A stretch of DNA of 54,534 nt from Bacteroidia bacterium (GTDB lineage Bacteria; Bacteroidota; Bacteroidia; Flavobacteriales; Flavobacteriaceae): assembly GCA_030430615.1 (NCBI GenBank), contig JAUIKV010000001.1, positions 1-54,534 of the forward strand. The letters run 5' to 3'. Positions within the stretch are counted from its first letter, which is position 1. Each line of letters begins with the position of its first letter. The notes beneath the pieces are model-generated. The model searched no databases and was not told the DNA's origin. It was given only the letters and a program-made list of their open reading frames with translations. The position numbers were made by a program, and so were the translations under genes. Below are positions 29,964 to 39,093 of this stretch, one piece after another.

Positions 29964-31502
29964 CTATTTGGTCAAAACCGTGTTTAAAAGTGATTTTCGG
30001 TCCATGGCTTCCGGTTGTTCGATATTCAAAAGTTCGAGCACAGTAGGAGCTATGTCACCAAGGACCCCGTCACCGATCTCGTTTTCTTTTTCTTTTTCAA
30101 CCAGAATGAGAGGAACCGGGTTAGTCGTATGAGCCGTGTTGGGTGAGCCATCCTCATTGAGCATGGTCTCACTGTTTCCGTGATCGGCAATGATGATGCT
30201 GGAATACCCGTTTTCAAGGGCAGCATTAACAACATCTTTCAAGCAGCTATCAACCGCTTCAGCAGCTTTCATCGCAGCCTCCATTACTCCTGTATGGCCA
30301 ACCATGTCGGTATTGGCAAAGTTCAGGCAGATGAAATCCGCCTCCCCTTTTTCGAGTTCAGGAATGATGGCTTCCTTGATGTCAAATGCGCTCATCTCTG
30401 GTTTCATATCATATGTCGCTACTTTTGGCGAAGGACAAAGTATCCTTTTTTCTCCTTCGAATTCGGTTTCCCTACCCCCTGAGAAGAAAAAGGTCACGTG
30501 CGGGTATTTTTCGGTTTCGGCGATTCGGATTTGCTTCTTGCCGTGTTTCTCCAGAACCTCCCCGAGCGTCTCGGTCAAGTTGTCTTTTGGATAAATCACC
30601 TCAACCTTTTTGAACGAGTCGTCATAATTGGTCATGGTGACGTAATAAAGAGGAAGTGTGTGCATTCCGAATTCTTGGAAATTCTCCTGGGTCAACACAC
30701 GTGTCAACTGGCGCCCCCTGTCAGTTCTGAAGTTGAAGAACACAATGACGTCATCTTCTTCAATCTTTGCAACTGGTTCACCGTTGCCATCAGTCATGAC
30801 TATGGGCTTAATGAATTCATCCGTAACACCTTCGTCGTAACTTTTCTGGACACTTTGCTGAGCATTGGTAGACTTTTCACCGATCGCGTTCACCATGGCG
30901 TCATAGGAAAGCTTGACCCTTGCCCATCTCTGGTCCCTGTCCATGGCGTAATAGCGACCACAAATGCTGGCAAGTTGACCTGTGCTCTTCTGCATGTGGT
31001 CCTCAAGTTCCTTCACAAATCCTTTGCCCGACTTAGGATCCACGTCGCGACCATCCGTAAAGGCGTGGACATAAACATCCTTTAATCCAAAGTTGTCGGC
31101 CGCATTCAACAGCCCCTTGAGATGTGAGATATGAGAGTGAACTCCGCCGTCTGAAAGAAGCCCGAGAAAATGGACCTTTTTCTTGTTTTCTTTTGCATAG
31201 GTAAAAGCGTCTACCAGAACCTTCTGCTCTGCCAGTGAGCCGTCTTCAACCGCGTTGTTTATTTTGACAAAATCCTGGTATACGATGCGACCAGCACCCA
31301 AATTCATGTGTCCGACCTCAGAATTCCCCATCTGTCCATCAGGAAGCCCCACATGCAGCCCATCTGTTCGAAGGGTTGCGTTGGAATAATTGTCGATTAG
31401 GGAATCGAAGAATGGGGTATCAGCCTTATAGATCGCCGAAACCTCAGGATTCTGGGTCTGTCCCCAGCCGTCCAGTATGATAAGAATTACTTTTTTTTCC
31501 AT
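29964..31502 (-). CDS. gpmI: 2,3-bisphosphoglycerate-independent phosphoglycerate mutase
   Basis: ILDGWG, GQMGNSEVGH, DGGVHSH, GRYYAMDRD, AETEKYPHVTFF, DMVGHTG, ADHGN, TAHT; -7 element TATCTTTG at 31530-31537. Confidence 0.98.
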   Translation of the reverse strand: MEKKVILIILDGWGQTQNPEVSAIYKADTPFFDSLIDNYSNATLRTDGLHVGLPDGQMGNSEVGHMNLGAGRIVYQDFVKINNAVEDGSLAEQKVLVDAFTYAKENKKKVHFLGLLSDGGVHSHISHLKGLLNAADNFGLKDVYVHAFTDGRDVDPKSGKGFVKELEDHMQKSTGQLASICGRYYAMDRDQRWARVKLSYDAMVNAIGEKSTNAQQSVQKSYDEGVTDEFIKPIVMTDGNGEPVAKIEEDDVIVFFNFRTDRGRQLTRVLTQENFQEFGMHTLPLYYVTMTNYDDSFKKVEVIYPKDNLTETLGEVLEKHGKKQIRIAETEKYPHVTFFFSGGRETEFEGEKRILCPSPKVATYDMKPEMSAFDIKEAIIPELEKGEADFICLNFANTDMVGHTGVMEAAMKAAEAVDSCLKDVVNAALENGYSSIIIADHGNSETMLNEDGSPNTAHTTNPVPLILVEKEKENEIGDGVLGDIAPTVLELLNIEQPEAMDRKSLLNTVLTK

Positions 31503-31568
31503 GACTTTGCCACTGTTAAAAATGAATTGCAAAGATACGGAAGTAAGCCGATTTGTCGAAGTTTTTTT

Positions 31569-32684
31569 CTAATTCTGGGGCACGAGTTTAACAATTCCTT
31601 TTTGCTCTACGGAGACGTAAATGTATCCATCTGGTCCTTGCCTAACGGTGCGTACGCGACCTATGCCGTCGAGAAGCTTTTCTTCCTTGACCACCTTTCC
31701 GTTTTCGATCACAACCCGGTTGAGGTATTCAAACTTCAAAGAACCAACAAGAAGGTTGTTTTTCCATTCAGGATAAACGTCGCTGGTCACAAAAGCCATT
31801 CCGCTGGGGGCGATGGAGGGAACCCAATAGTGAAGCGGTTGCTCCATGCCTGGAAGATCTGTATCATCGGTAATGATCGAATCGTCATAATTCTTGCCAT
31901 ACGTAATCAATGGCCATCCATAATTCTTTCCAGGTTCGATGATGTTGATCTCATCTCCACCTTGTGGTCCGTGCTCGTGTACCCATATTTTCCCACTGAG
32001 GGGATCCAGTGCCATGCCCTGGGGATTTCTATGTCCGTAGGAATAAACAGCGGCTTTGGCTGTTGAATCACCCACAAACGGATTGTCGGCAGGAACACCT
32101 CCGTCATCCAGGAGTCGGTAAATCTTGCCCCCGTCCCTGGTGATGTCCTGCGGATTTTCATCTCGGTTCCCCCGGTCTCCAATGGAGAAGAAGAGGTAGC
32201 CGTTTCGATCAAATTCAAGTCTGGATCCAAAATGGTGCCCTCTTTTTGTGTTGGGTGTGGCCTTGTAGATCAATTGCTTGTCGACGAGTTCGTCTCCCTG
32301 CAATTTGGCCCTCATAATGGTAGTATTCCCGCCTTCTCCTTCATCCCCGAGATTTCCAGAGAAAGAGAAATAAATCCACCCGTTGTTTTTGTAATCCGGA
32401 TGGAGCTCCAGGTCGAGCAAGCCGCCCTGGTTCTCGTAGAAAACCTCAGGAACATTTTTAATGTTCGTCTTTTTTCCTTCCTTGAAGAGGATCATCTTGC
32501 CTTCTTGCTCCGCAATCAGAATCGAGCCGTCCGGAAGAAATGCCATTCCCCAGGCAATTTCAAGTCCGTCAACAACGGTTTCAGTTTTGTATTTGAAATC
32601 ACCGTCACTCGTGAACTCATTTTTTTGACAATTGACAAAAGAAATACCCAGAAACAAGGCTAGAATATAAATTTTTTTCATCAT
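31569..32684 (-). CDS. PQQ-dependent soluble sugar (aldose/glucose-sorbosone) dehydrogenase, likely lipoprotein
   Basis: Signal peptide ending FVNC; WGMAFLPDG, QGGLLD, HFGSRL, SYGHRNPQG, EHGPQGGDEIN, NYGWP, SIAPSG, GRVR. True start is 32684, not 32867. Confidence 0.92.
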   Translation of the reverse strand: MMKKIYILALFLGISFVNCQKNEFTSDGDFKYKTETVVDGLEIAWGMAFLPDGSILIAEQEGKMILFKEGKKTNIKNVPEVFYENQGGLLDLELHPDYKNNGWIYFSFSGNLGDEGEGGNTTIMRAKLQGDELVDKQLIYKATPNTKRGHHFGSRLEFDRNGYLFFSIGDRGNRDENPQDITRDGGKIYRLLDDGGVPADNPFVGDSTAKAAVYSYGHRNPQGMALDPLSGKIWVHEHGPQGGDEINIIEPGKNYGWPLITYGKNYDDSIITDDTDLPGMEQPLHYWVPSIAPSGMAFVTSDVYPEWKNNLLVGSLKFEYLNRVVIENGKVVKEEKLLDGIGRVRTVRQGPDGYIYVSVEQKGIVKLVPQN

Positions 32685-32721
32685 TGAAAATTTACGATGT
32701 CGTACTGCGAAGTTACAACTT

Positions 32722-35028
32722 TCAGAACGCATACCCAAGCCGAAGGCCGCTGTAGAAATTGATGGGTTCACCGGGATAATAGTACCTGGGAGCGCTGCCG
32801 CCGAAACTTCCGGCATTGATCTGCAGCATGGAGGCGTACTTCTCATCGAATAGATTGTTGATCCCAACGTAGAGATCGAGCTCCCAATTCGAGCCCAGGT
32901 TTTTTCGATAACCCAGTTTGAAATTCACCACCTGGTACGCATCGGCATAGACCGAGTTGGCATCAGTGACTGGAATCTTACCGACTCCATAGTAATTGAC
33001 ATACCCGTACAGTCCGATCTCGGAATCGAGAAAGAGCTGGGAGTTGAACGTATGTGAGGGAACACCGGTCAGGTCATTGCCTGAAAAGTCTTCATCGAGG
33101 TCCTCAAATTCTTTGAATTCATGAGCGTTCAGACTCAGGGCATTGGCATGACTGATACTGATCTTGTCTGATTTCAACAGAAAATAAGAAAGTCCGATCT
33201 CCACCCCTTTGAGTTCCGTTTGACCCGCGTTTACGCCGATGAACTGGTCATCCCCGGTCCGTCGCGCCACGAGAAGGTCATCGACGTCCATGAGGTAAAG
33301 GGAGATCTCATACTGAAAAATGTCTTTTATCAATCTTCCGCGACTGCCAATTTCGTAGTTCCATCCCGTTTCAGGTTGAATCTCAGTGTTTATCAATCCG
33401 TCGGGGAGGAGTGTCTCCTCCAATTTTGGGGGAGAGAATCCGTGACTGATCTGGGCATAAACCATGTTTTTGTCGCTGAACCCATAGGTGAACCCTAACC
33501 GAGGTGAAAACATTGTATCAAAGGAGTAATCCCCTGAGAAGTCTGTGTCATTTCCATCGTAATTGTCATCGAGTCGATAATTGGTCTGATTTATATTAAA
33601 GCCCAGATCAAGGGAAGCTCTTTCCGAAAGTTCCAGTTTCGAGTCGGCAAATAGGTTCAAATAGTATCGGTTCTCACTGAAATCACTGAGTTGATCTCCC
33701 TGAACGCTTCCCGTCCCCGGCGGGAAATCCCGATACAGGTTCTCATAGGTCTGGTAGCTATTTCGATCGTAGAAGAACTCCGCACCTGCTGTCCACCGAA
33801 GCCATTTTTGAAAAACCCTGTTTTGATTGAGGAACCTCGATCTCAGCCCCAATCCAAAGGAGTTTTCCTCTAGAATGTTGAAGGGTCTCGCCTCATAGGC
33901 GTCGTTGAACGAGCCAAAAACACTGGTGATCTGCTTGGCCTTGTCCGTATATGTATGATTCCAGGAGAGTCCTCCAAGGAATTTGTCGTAGTCTTCAAAG
34001 CCCTGAGCCTGGCCCCAGGTAAAAGCAGCCTTTACGGGGTCATTGAGGTAGTCCTCCTCGTTGAGTGAACTTGGAATCTCAGCTTTGAGACGGATGAAGT
34101 TTGCTATGGCTATGAGGCTATTTTTCTCGTCCAGGTAATGATTCGAAGAAAGTGTCAACGTTTGGCGATCTGTTTCATTGTTGTCTCGATAACCTTCTTT
34201 CTGGGTATTCGAATAAGTCAGGAGGCCCGAGTTGGTTTTGTTGCCGAGGTTGGCTGTGAGCAGGTATCTTTGAAGACCGAAGGAACCGAATTGGGCCTCC
34301 CCGGAAACTTTAAACTGATCAAATAGTCCTTTGTCGGGAATCATCTGTATCGTTCCTCCCAGACCTGCACCGTAAAGAGAAGAAGAGGGGCCCTTCAGAA
34401 TTTCCATGCGCCCTACGCCTTTGAGCTCGATGTCTTCAATAGTAGTTTCACCAGAACCGTTTGTCAGTGGGATGTCCTGGTAGTAGGCTCTGATCTTGCT
34501 CGTGCCAAATAGATTGCGGGAGCCTATACCCCGTATTGTGATCCGATTGGTAGTGAGGGTTCCGTTGTGCATGTACACACCTGGGGTCATGTTCAGAACG
34601 GGCGCGATGTTGATTTGATCATTGCTTTGAATCTCAATGGGTGAGAGCAGGGATATCGACGAAGCGATCTGACGAAGCTCGGTCTGAAAATTATCTGTTT
34701 TTATAAGGACCTCATTGAGGTTTTGGGGTTCTTCCTCCAAGGTGACCATTTCAAATGCTTCCGGGTCGATGTTGACTCTCCTTGAGAAATAGCCCTGTTT
34801 TTCGAAGAGGTAATCCCCCACCGATGACACCCGAAAAAATCCATTTTGATCAGTGCTGTCGACCGTTATGCCTGTCGCATCAATTACCTTGACGCCATAT
34901 AGCTCAAGGGAGTTTTCCCGGCTGATCACTTTTCCGGAAGGCACTTGCGCACGGGCAAGTCCAATGGTCAGGCACATGAAAGTCGTGAGCAACCCGAAAT
35001 TGATTCTTTGACGAGAAACAAACCTCAT
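32722..35028 (-). CDS. TonB-dependent receptor (YncD/PqqU-like plug)
   Basis: Plug ITIRGIGSR...DIPLT...EILKGPSSSLYGAGLGG, PETGWNYEIG, NNLFDEKY, C-terminal aromatic residue (YAF). Confidence 0.92.
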   Translation of the reverse strand: MRFVSRQRINFGLLTTFMCLTIGLARAQVPSGKVISRENSLELYGVKVIDATGITVDSTDQNGFFRVSSVGDYLFEKQGYFSRRVNIDPEAFEMVTLEEEPQNLNEVLIKTDNFQTELRQIASSISLLSPIEIQSNDQINIAPVLNMTPGVYMHNGTLTTNRITIRGIGSRNLFGTSKIRAYYQDIPLTNGSGETTIEDIELKGVGRMEILKGPSSSLYGAGLGGTIQMIPDKGLFDQFKVSGEAQFGSFGLQRYLLTANLGNKTNSGLLTYSNTQKEGYRDNNETDRQTLTLSSNHYLDEKNSLIAIANFIRLKAEIPSSLNEEDYLNDPVKAAFTWGQAQGFEDYDKFLGGLSWNHTYTDKAKQITSVFGSFNDAYEARPFNILEENSFGLGLRSRFLNQNRVFQKWLRWTAGAEFFYDRNSYQTYENLYRDFPPGTGSVQGDQLSDFSENRYYLNLFADSKLELSERASLDLGFNINQTNYRLDDNYDGNDTDFSGDYSFDTMFSPRLGFTYGFSDKNMVYAQISHGFSPPKLEETLLPDGLINTEIQPETGWNYEIGSRGRLIKDIFQYEISLYLMDVDDLLVARRTGDDQFIGVNAGQTELKGVEIGLSYFLLKSDKISISHANALSLNAHEFKEFEDLDEDFSGNDLTGVPSHTFNSQLFLDSEIGLYGYVNYYGVGKIPVTDANSVYADAYQVVNFKLGYRKNLGSNWELDLYVGINNLFDEKYASMLQINAGSFGGSAPRYYYPGEPINFYSGLRLGYAF

Positions 35029-36479
35029 TCCACAAGGCCGTTTTTGACACCATTTACAGCCCCATCTATTCGATATACAAACCCATTGACTACCGCATAG
35101 ACGACCTGGTCGTTTTTCATTAAGAGGAAGGTCGGGTTTTTACCGAAATTGACCGGTGAAGTTGGCATTTCATTGTTCCTTGGAATCCGAATCTTTTTGA
35201 TGTCTACCACGTTAATCGGGTCTGTCACAAACTTTATCTCGGTCGGAAGATCGCTTATGCTGACAGAGGTGTATCCGCTTCGGAGCAATTGTGGGATGTC
35301 CAATTCCCTGAACTCTTCAAAACTCGAAAGTATAGTAGGATAGGTTTCACCTGTCTTGAATGTTAGGCCCTCTGCCGACAGCGTTTCATACCCGTAATGC
35401 GTGGACAGATCACCTATGTCGACTATCTTGCCAACCAAATAGAAATCACTGTGACTGTTGTTTTCAATTTCATCGTAGATAATTCCTAAATCAACTTTGT
35501 AAGAGGCTCCCAGATAAGGAAAGGTGAGATTCTCGATTTTCAAATCAAAAAGCTTGCGATCATTCCTCGGGATGTCCCAATAAGCCTTTGTCGTTTTGGC
35601 CTTAAAGGACTGATCTGAGATACCCTTTATTGCGGTCAGAATGGAAAGATAGTTCAGTTTTCGAATAAATTGCTTTTCCCTGTCTTCGGGATGACCACCC
35701 GACTCAATAAGAATTGTGCTTGTGCCCCATTTCTGCATGTTGTCTCCGAATGCCCGTGGTTCAAAGGCATCCGAATAGCGGCCCACCTGCCCGTTGGCAT
35801 GTTTCTGAACAACTTCATTCATCATCGCGATGATCTTCATGGCAGATTCTCTTTTTTCACTCATGTCTTTCTCAAAATTGAAGGCAGGCGCAAGAAAAGA
35901 AAGCGTGGCCGGTTTCGATGTTTTTTCAGCATTGTAGTATCGACTCTGGTCGTGCAGGTTGAACCCGAAATCGGCTTGTAGGCTGTCACGTGCTGCCTTT
36001 AGAATCCTGGATTCAGGAGATTGGAGCCGCAAGGCGTCTCTGTTGATGTCGATACCAATTGCGTTTCTTCGTTGAAACAACTCGGCACCGTCAGGATTTA
36101 GCATTGGTATGAAATGGACCCTAAGTCCTTGCAGAATGTCTTTATTTTCTTTCAGGTAGTTGAATATGTCAAACATGGCCATGGTAGCAGTCGATTCGTC
36201 ACCGTGCATCTGGGACCATAGCAAGACGTCCACATCACCGGTTCCAACGCTGATCATGGAGATGCTTCTTCCCTGGATCGAATTTCCAAGAGTCGTAAGG
36301 GTGAACCCGTCCTCTTTGCCAATACTCTCTATAAGCGGCTGGATGTCCTGATGCTTGAAACGTCGGCTTTCAATGCCCTGCTCCCTAAAGCGGTCATATT
36401 GATCATTTAAGACCTGATCAAAGTTTTCCTGACCATAAGTTATTAAAGGCAGGAGCAGAAGTAGTAAATATTTAGTCAT
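35025..36479 (-). CDS. M14-family zinc carboxypeptidase, exported
   Basis: SQMHGDES (HxxE), NPDG, DINRD, NLHDQ, ILIESG; signal peptide. Confidence 0.88.
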   Translation of the reverse strand: MTKYLLLLLLPLITYGQENFDQVLNDQYDRFREQGIESRRFKHQDIQPLIESIGKEDGFTLTTLGNSIQGRSISMISVGTGDVDVLLWSQMHGDESTATMAMFDIFNYLKENKDILQGLRVHFIPMLNPDGAELFQRRNAIGIDINRDALRLQSPESRILKAARDSLQADFGFNLHDQSRYYNAEKTSKPATLSFLAPAFNFEKDMSEKRESAMKIIAMMNEVVQKHANGQVGRYSDAFEPRAFGDNMQKWGTSTILIESGGHPEDREKQFIRKLNYLSILTAIKGISDQSFKAKTTKAYWDIPRNDRKLFDLKIENLTFPYLGASYKVDLGIIYDEIENNSHSDFYLVGKIVDIGDLSTHYGYETLSAEGLTFKTGETYPTILSSFEEFRELDIPQLLRSGYTSVSISDLPTEIKFVTDPINVVDIKKIRIPRNNEMPTSPVNFGKNPTFLLMKNDQVVYAVVNGFVYRIDGAVNGVKNGLVE

Positions 36480-37149
36480 ATTGTTTGTTTTTCACGGGTA
36501 GAGGTTCCCAATTGAAATCAGAAGTTTTCGATCTGATTTTGTCTATGAATTCAACTCCGGGATCCGTTTTCTCAGTTCTGTAGGCATCATCGACTTCAAG
36601 CCATAAGGGATGACCTTCAAAAAGGGTGTATTCCAGGTGGCCGATAAGGTACTCGATCTCCGGATATTTTTCTTTCAGGTAATTAACGAGTTTGATGTTT
36701 GACTTTAATTGCTTTCGGGTCAGTGGGGTCTCTTCGGTTCCCCCGACGTTTTCGATCCCCAAAGCGCAATGGTTCAAACCGATCACGTGACGAGCCATGG
36801 TTGTCTCCGGCATCAGGCGGTAGACAGTTCCGTCCTGGTCCACAAGAAAATGAGCGGAAACGTTCAAGGCCCCGGCGCTCGTAATATCGGAGCGGGAATT
36901 TGGCAAAAGTGGATCTCTGAACGCCTCAAAGGATTCTTCCAGTGTAGGTATGGCTGTCCAGTGAACGACTATCATGTGCGGTTTGATGGTAGGCTGGCTT
37001 GTCTCCAGGTTGTACCGCGTTTTTAGATAGTCCAACGAGAGCTGGGTTCGTTGATCGTCGAAGTCAATGGGTTTGTCAACGATTTTGACCGATGAGCAGG
37101 ACGTGAACAGTCCCAAAATAAAACAAAGGAAAACAAGAGTTTTTCGCAT
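36472..37149 (-). CDS. N-acetylmuramoyl-L-alanine amidase (Amidase_2) lipoprotein
   Basis: Lipobox FTSC; IVVHWT, SAHFLVDQDG, ARH, GIENVG, GH, KTDPG. Confidence 0.88.
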   Translation of the reverse strand: MRKTLVFLCFILGLFTSCSSVKIVDKPIDFDDQRTQLSLDYLKTRYNLETSQPTIKPHMIVVHWTAIPTLEESFEAFRDPLLPNSRSDITSAGALNVSAHFLVDQDGTVYRLMPETTMARHVIGLNHCALGIENVGGTEETPLTRKQLKSNIKLVNYLKEKYPEIEYLIGHLEYTLFEGHPLWLEVDDAYRTEKTDPGVEFIDKIRSKTSDFNWEPLPVKNKQYD

Positions 37150-37338
37150 GACCTTGAGGCGTTGGAAATCTGTTGACTTGGTTTACGAAAATAGGGCAAA
37201 TAAATCAAATCCTTCCCGAAAGAAGGATTCCTTTTGAGGTCTCATCTCGACACGCACATAAGTTTAAATAGTCAAAATATCGCTATCTTTACAGGTAGTG
37301 CAGTTATCAGTATTCTTTTACCAAACAGAGTTCTTACA

Positions 37339-39093
37339 ATGCTTGAGAGAAAGCCCATGTCGAATCGAGTTCTGGATAAATTGCCTCTTCATCTGAGAGG
37401 TTTTATCCTGCCGCAACCCTATGATGATTACACAGAGCAAAATCAGGCTGTATGGCGTTATGTGATGCGGAAAAACATGGATTATCTGCGTCATGTCGCC
37501 CATGAATCCTACATTCCGGGGTTGGATAAAACAGGAATCACCCCGGATCGCATTCCAAGAATGGAAGGAATGAACCGTATTTTGAAAGACATTGGTTGGG
37601 CGGCAGTTTCGGTAGACGGATTCATACCTCCCAATGCTTTTATGGAGTTTCAGGCCTATAACACCCTGGTAATTGCTGCAGATATACGCACGATTGATCA
37701 TATCGAGTATACCCCGGCTCCCGACATCATCCATGAGGCTGCCGGTCACGCTCCTATCATCGCGAATCCGGAGTATGCTGAGTACCTGAGAAGGTTTGGA
37801 GAAATTGGGTCGAAAGCCATCTCGTCCGCCAAGGACTACGAGCTTTATGAGGCCATTCGTCACCTATCCATCATCAAGGAGGACCCGAACACAAAAGCAA
37901 GAGAAATCCTGGAAGCAGAAGAGCAAATAGAGCATATTTCTTCCAATATGGGCGAACCGAGCGAGATGTCCAAGATTCGCAACATGCATTGGTGGACGGT
38001 GGAATACGGTCTGATCGGCAGCCTTGAAGACCCAAAGATATACGGTGCGGGTTTGCTGTCTTCAATCGGAGAGAGCAAATGGTGCATGGGGGATGAAGTA
38101 CGAAAACTGCCTTATACCCTGGAAGCTTCAAATGTGGAGTTTGACATCACCAAGCCCCAGCCCCAGCTTTTTGTCACACCCGACTTTCCACACCTGAGCT
38201 TTGTGCTCGAAGAATTCGCCAATAAAATGGCCTTGCGCAGAGGAGGTCTTTCGGGAGTAAAGAAACTGATCGATTCGGAAGCTCTCGGCACTGTGGAGTT
38301 GAATACTGGCATCCAGATTTCAGGCAAGTTCATCGAGGTGTTGGAGGATGAGTACCAGAGACCCGTCTATATCCGAACCGAAGGCCCGACCGCCCTGGCC
38401 TATAAAAACAAAGAAGTCATTGGTCATCACAAGGAATACCATGCGGACGGTTTTGGCTCGCCCGTTGGTAAATTAAAAGGAATAAACCTGGCCATAGAAG
38501 ACATGTCACCCACTGACCTGGAGGCTTATGGCATATATGAGGGCAGAGTGACCACTTTGACCTTTGAAGGGGGTATCGAGGTAAAAGGTGAGATCATCAC
38601 AGGCAAGCGCAATCTCCAGGGAAAGATCATCCTGATCTCTTTCAAGAATTGCACCGTTAGAAGAGGTGACCGCATCCTGTTTCAGCCGGAATGGGGAATC
38701 TACGACATGGTTGTTGGCGGTTCGCTGGTATCCGCATTTTCGGGAATTGCCGATCCCAATTCATTTGGCCTTGAATTCGAGGTTCCACGGGAAAAAACGC
38801 ACAAGATCCAATACAGTGAAAAAGACAAGAAGCTGTTCCGACTCTACGGTGAAGTGAGAAGCATGCGAGAAGAAGGTGCCACCAACGAAAATCGACTGTT
38901 GTCAATTCTTGATGAGCTGGAAAGCGAATACCGGGAAGACTGGTTATTGCCCTTGGAAATTTACGAACTGATATCTGAATCCGAATCGTCGTTTCTCTTT
39001 GACCGTATCAAAAGCAGGTTGGATGATCTGTCAAAAGATGAAAAGACAGGCCACCTGGTCTCAGATGGCCTGCGTTTGGTTTCTTACACTTGA
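37339..39093 (+). CDS. phhA: Aromatic amino acid hydroxylase (phenylalanine 4-monooxygenase), long form
   Basis: YTPAPDIIHEAAGHAP (iron ligands), WWTVEYGL, YGAGLLSSIGE, PQPQLFV; long C-terminal extension; ATG at 37339 or 37357. Confidence 0.9.
   Translation: MLERKPMSNRVLDKLPLHLRGFILPQPYDDYTEQNQAVWRYVMRKNMDYLRHVAHESYIPGLDKTGITPDRIPRMEGMNRILKDIGWAAVSVDGFIPPNAFMEFQAYNTLVIAADIRTIDHIEYTPAPDIIHEAAGHAPIIANPEYAEYLRRFGEIGSKAISSAKDYELYEAIRHLSIIKEDPNTKAREILEAEEQIEHISSNMGEPSEMSKIRNMHWWTVEYGLIGSLEDPKIYGAGLLSSIGESKWCMGDEVRKLPYTLEASNVEFDITKPQPQLFVTPDFPHLSFVLEEFANKMALRRGGLSGVKKLIDSEALGTVELNTGIQISGKFIEVLEDEYQRPVYIRTEGPTALAYKNKEVIGHHKEYHADGFGSPVGKLKGINLAIEDMSPTDLEAYGIYEGRVTTLTFEGGIEVKGEIITGKRNLQGKIILISFKNCTVRRGDRILFQPEWGIYDMVVGGSLVSAFSGIADPNSFGLEFEVPREKTHKIQYSEKDKKLFRLYGEVRSMREEGATNENRLLSILDELESEYREDWLLPLEIYELISESESSFLFDRIKSRLDDLSKDEKTGHLVSDGLRLVSYT

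Noticed and set aside
32685-32867. N-terminal extension of the PQQ dehydrogenase ORF overlapping the TonB receptor
   Set aside because: The signal peptide starts at ATG 32684; the extension is an ORF-caller artefact. Similar over-extended starts were trimmed for cvpA, gpmI, phhA, acpP, purN, sufS, sufC and sufD
37208-37229. Hairpin AATCCTTC-CCGAAA-GAAGGATT between the divergent amidase and phhA genes
   Set aside because: Not downstream of any gene and only a single copy; function cannot be supported
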